IMG/VR virus record: IMGVR_UViG_3300030330_002330
Location: 1 to 46,827 of that record
Origin: a virus
Lineage: Duplodnaviria > Caudoviricetes
Reading direction: 5' to 3' (one strand)
DNA length: 46,827 bases
The translations under genes and the position numbers were made by a program. The notes below the pieces were generated by a model. The model was not told where the DNA came from. It saw nothing but the letters and a program-made list of their open reading frames with translations, and searched no databases. This document shows positions 44,194 to 46,827 of this stretch, in pieces (positions within the stretch are counted from its first letter, which is position 1; the number at the start of each line of letters is the position of its first letter).

Positions 44194-44248
44194 GCAGCGG
44201 CAAGCTGTGCTTAGGTGCTGTCCGGTGTGGAAAGCTAAGGAAAGGTTT
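44194..44248 (+). repeat. pentamer array 3, [G(G/C)H-NN]x11; putative guide RNA
   Basis: GCA-gc GGC-aa GCT-gt GCT-ta GGT-gc TGT-cc GGT-gt GGA-aa GCT-aa GGA-aa GGT-tt (one deviant unit). Confidence 0.8.
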
Positions 44249-44285
44249 TATATTCTTTTTTAATAACTTGAAGACGTTTTTTTTC

Positions 44286-44294
44286 TGTTATTAT
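44286..44294 (+). promoter_or_regulatory. extended -10 promoter for a leaderless gene
   Basis: TGtTATTAT 7 nt before ATG 44302, no SD; TTGAAG at 44268. Confidence 0.5.
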
Positions 44295-44301
44295 CATTTA
44301 T

Positions 44302-44541
44302 ATGGATATAGAACAATTACTAAAGGAAGCCAGTGAAGGTAAACGAGGAGCACATTTTGTTGAAAGTAAAATAACAAAAGACGCTATGCCTTTTTGGATT
44401 GCTTTAAAGGACAGGGTAAAAGACGGTGTAGTTATGAAACCATATGTAGTACATAGGTTACTAGACGAACACTTTAATATACAAATATCTGAATCAGCTA
44501 TTAGAAAGTATCTTAAAAAATTGGAGAAATCTTATGAGTAA
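44302..44541 (+). CDS. small HTH-like protein
   Basis: PYVVHRLLDEHFNIQISESAIRKYL. Confidence 0.6.
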   Translation: MDIEQLLKEASEGKRGAHFVESKITKDAMPFWIALKDRVKDGVVMKPYVVHRLLDEHFNIQISESAIRKYLKKLEKSYE

Positions 44542-45589
44542 AAGTATAGACGACCTATTAGCTGAAGCTGAAAGCAAACAAATACAAGAACTAAAAAAGG
44601 ATAACCTTAAATTACTTAAGCAACTAGATAAAGCTAAAAATCGTAAAGAAGATTTAATTGACGCTGTATATAGTGCTGTACAAACTAATTTAAACTTATG
44701 GAACAAACCAAAAGTTCCTAAACCTATTAGTTCTAAAAAAACTAAACACGAAGAGATAGCTATAGCTGTACTTAGTGATATACAATTAGCTAAAATTACC
44801 CCTGAATACAACACAGAGGTAGCTGAGAGACGAGTTGTAGCGTATGCTAAGAAAGTGGTCGAACTGGCCAATATACAGCGTAAAGCACATCCTATACGCA
44901 AAGTTGCAGTATTTGCAGCAGGCGACATTATAGAAGGTGAGCTAATTTTTCCGGGACAAACACACTTAATAGATTCAAGTCTATATAAACAAGTGACATT
45001 AGACGGTCCTAGAATTATGACAAAATTTTTTGACATATTATTAGCTAACTTTGAAGAAGTAGATGTTCATTGGGTTATAGGAAATCATGGACATTTGGGT
45101 GGACGTAATAGAAAAGATTACCATCCAGATTCTAACGCTGACAGAATGCTAGGAAGCATAATGTCAATGATATATAGAGACGAAAAAAGAATTAAATGGA
45201 CTATACCTGACAGTACAGGCGATAACCATTGGTTCGACATAGCTAATCTAGGTAAAAAATGTAAGTTTTTTATCTGGCATGGCGATAACGTACGAGGATT
45301 TAGTGGCTTTCCTTGGTACGGATTTGGTAAAAAGCTACAAGGTTGGAAGACATTAGCTGCAAATGGTTTAATGCCTGACTTTGATTACGCAATTGCTGGT
45401 CACTTTCATACACCAACAACAATGTATCTTAATGATATAAGATTATGGGTTAATGGAAGTACAGAAAGCTACAATACTTATGCATTAGAACAGTTAGCAA
45501 GTATGGGACGACCATGTCAATGGTTGTTATTTTGTAAGCCAGATACTGGCGTTACAGCAGAATACTTGGTAAAATTAGATGATGTATAG
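44534..45589 (+). CDS. calcineurin-like metallophosphoesterase with N-terminal coiled coil
   Basis: LSDIQ, GDIIEG, GNHG, HGD and GHFH motifs. Confidence 0.85.
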   Translation: MSKSIDDLLAEAESKQIQELKKDNLKLLKQLDKAKNRKEDLIDAVYSAVQTNLNLWNKPKVPKPISSKKTKHEEIAIAVLSDIQLAKITPEYNTEVAERRVVAYAKKVVELANIQRKAHPIRKVAVFAAGDIIEGELIFPGQTHLIDSSLYKQVTLDGPRIMTKFFDILLANFEEVDVHWVIGNHGHLGGRNRKDYHPDSNADRMLGSIMSMIYRDEKRIKWTIPDSTGDNHWFDIANLGKKCKFFIWHGDNVRGFSGFPWYGFGKKLQGWKTLAANGLMPDFDYAIAGHFHTPTTMYLNDIRLWVNGSTESYNTYALEQLASMGRPCQWLLFCKPDTGVTAEYLVKLDDV

Positions 45590-45605
45590 AACGTTTGGAT
45601 AGTAT

Positions 45606-45776
45606 ATGGCAGATATAAATGTCAAAAACAAATGGAAATTACAAAGTATTGAATACACTGGTATAGGAGATAAACCACAATTCATACTTTTAAATGACAG
45701 TGGAGACTATAAGTTTGTACCAGTTGAAAGAGGTATAACAAACTTAAGACAACTTTTGGCTTTAGAAGAAGAATAA
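45606..45776 (+). CDS. 56-aa hypothetical protein (not in ORF track)
   Basis: MADINVKNKWKLQSIEYTG...LLALEEE*. Confidence 0.6.
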   Translation: MADINVKNKWKLQSIEYTGIGDKPQFILLNDSGDYKFVPVERGITNLRQLLALEEE

Positions 45777-45855
45777 GCTAAAATAGTTTCACGGGACAGT
45801 CATCCCTTTCAGGGGTCAATTTACTGTCCCTGATATGAATATGAAAAGGAGAAAA

Positions 45856-46428
45856 ATGAGTAAAGAAAAATTACTTGCACCATTTCCTAAGGAGTTAGTT
45901 CGAAAAGCTCCTGCAGGAAAATTCGGTGATTATGTACCACACGCACATTATGTAGAAAGATTACGTGATAGTGGTATTACATATAAATGGGAATGCGAAC
46001 CAGTATATAGTACACATAATGGAGAGAAACGTATCGTTGGTGCCAAAGGTATTATCACATTAGATAATATGGGTAGTTACGTTGGCTTTGGAGATGTTGA
46101 TACATTCAAATTAAACAATGATAAGTTTAATGATGGTAGCAATCTTAAAGACGCAGAATCTGACGCATTTAAACGTGCATGCATGAGGTTTGGCCTTGGT
46201 GTAGAACTATGGTCAGGCAGTGTACAATCAGAAGAAGAAAGTACATCTATAGCATACGACGGTTATACACAAGAAATGGCAGAAAAAGACGCTCAAGTAG
46301 AAGTTACTAAAGTAGATATGCGTAAACATAAACCTACTAAAGAAGATATTGAACGTATGAATGATATTATGGACAGCATACTTGATACAGATGATGATGA
46401 TGACACATCAGAAGTTCCACCATTCTAA
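45856..46428 (+). CDS. Rad52/Sak-family single-strand annealing protein
   Basis: LLAPFP..V......DYV.......RL......W......K.AESDAFKRA..RFGLG.ELW; SSB-like C-terminus EVPPF; SD AAGGAG. Confidence 0.85.
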   Translation: MSKEKLLAPFPKELVRKAPAGKFGDYVPHAHYVERLRDSGITYKWECEPVYSTHNGEKRIVGAKGIITLDNMGSYVGFGDVDTFKLNNDKFNDGSNLKDAESDAFKRACMRFGLGVELWSGSVQSEEESTSIAYDGYTQEMAEKDAQVEVTKVDMRKHKPTKEDIERMNDIMDSILDTDDDDDTSEVPPF

Positions 46429-46827
46429 TGGCTGATGTACAATTTATAGCTACATCAGTAGGAGAAATCTTAAGGGACTGTAAGCCAGAACAAATTAAAG
46501 TAATTGTTGGATATGCAAATAAATACGCAAAAGTACTAAAGTTTCCAGAAGATAGGGAACTATGGTCTAATGACCAAGTCGATAAGTACCTTAGCTTTAT
46601 AGAAAAGTCAAGTACTCTTTCTGATTTAACTCAGGAAGACGATATAATTGACAGGATACAAACTATAATGGGACCAGTAACAACCGAAGAAGATGGTGGA
46701 GATAATCCTTTATCTGGCACAGTTGATAAGGTGGTAAGCGAATTGGAAGAAAGAAAGAAATTTCGTGATGACTTAAAGTGTCCTTATTGTAAGGCACTAG
46801 TCTATGACAACAGAAATAACAAGAAGT
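46428..46827 (+). CDS. N-terminal part of the junction-spanning ~180-aa protein (continues to 242)
   Basis: TAATG-coupled to the Sak-like gene; open to the window end and continuing in frame through the terminal repeat. Confidence 0.8.
   Translation, partial: MADVQFIATSVGEILRDCKPEQIKVIVGYANKYAKVLKFPEDRELWSNDQVDKYLSFIEKSSTLSDLTQEDDIIDRIQTIMGPVTTEEDGGDNPLSGTVDKVVSELEERKKFRDDLKCPYCKALVYDNRNNKK
46729..46827. repeat. 99-bp direct terminal repeat (right copy)
   Basis: Identical to 1-99. Confidence 0.95.

Noticed and set aside
46729-46827. 99-bp terminal repeat as a biological DTR
   Set aside because: It falls mid-gene and its length matches a common assembler k-mer, so it is most likely a circular-assembly overlap.

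Overview
This window is an apparently complete, circularly assembled genome of a tailed dsDNA phage. It is about 46.7 kb, AT-rich, and bases 1-99 repeat at 46729-46827, with an ORF running in frame across the junction. It has two divergent arms. The minus-strand late arm (about 2000-34263) encodes a terminase with an N-terminal Zn-finger/HTH extension, portal, large internal-virion proteins, scaffold, SU10/DUF5309-like major capsid, short-tail proteins, a flavin halogenase-like enzyme and lysis genes. The plus-strand early arm (about 34985 to the end, plus 1-1938) encodes SSB-like, RAMP/Cas7-like, ParB-like, MoxR-type AAA+ with a VWA partner, metallophosphoesterase, Rad52/Sak-like and lytic transglycosylase proteins. 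I recognised no DNA polymerase, helicase, primase or integrase. An r1t-type holin and several leaderless genes suggest a low-GC actinobacterial host (inference). The standout is a candidate compact RNA-guided system. It consists of a solitary Cas7/RAMP-like gene (38966-39580), a coupled ParB-like gene, and three intergenic tracts with strict 5-nt periodicity, [G(G/C)H-NN]x11-12, at 38792-38851, 44115-44169 and 44194-44248. The first tract abuts a 73-nt tRNA-Ala/tmRNA-like element that could direct guide processing. The genome also holds several other structured non-coding elements, unannotated micro-ORFs, and a virion protein with a putative NAD+/ADP-ribose-processing domain cassette. All protein calls come from motif recognition by eye; no database searches were run.
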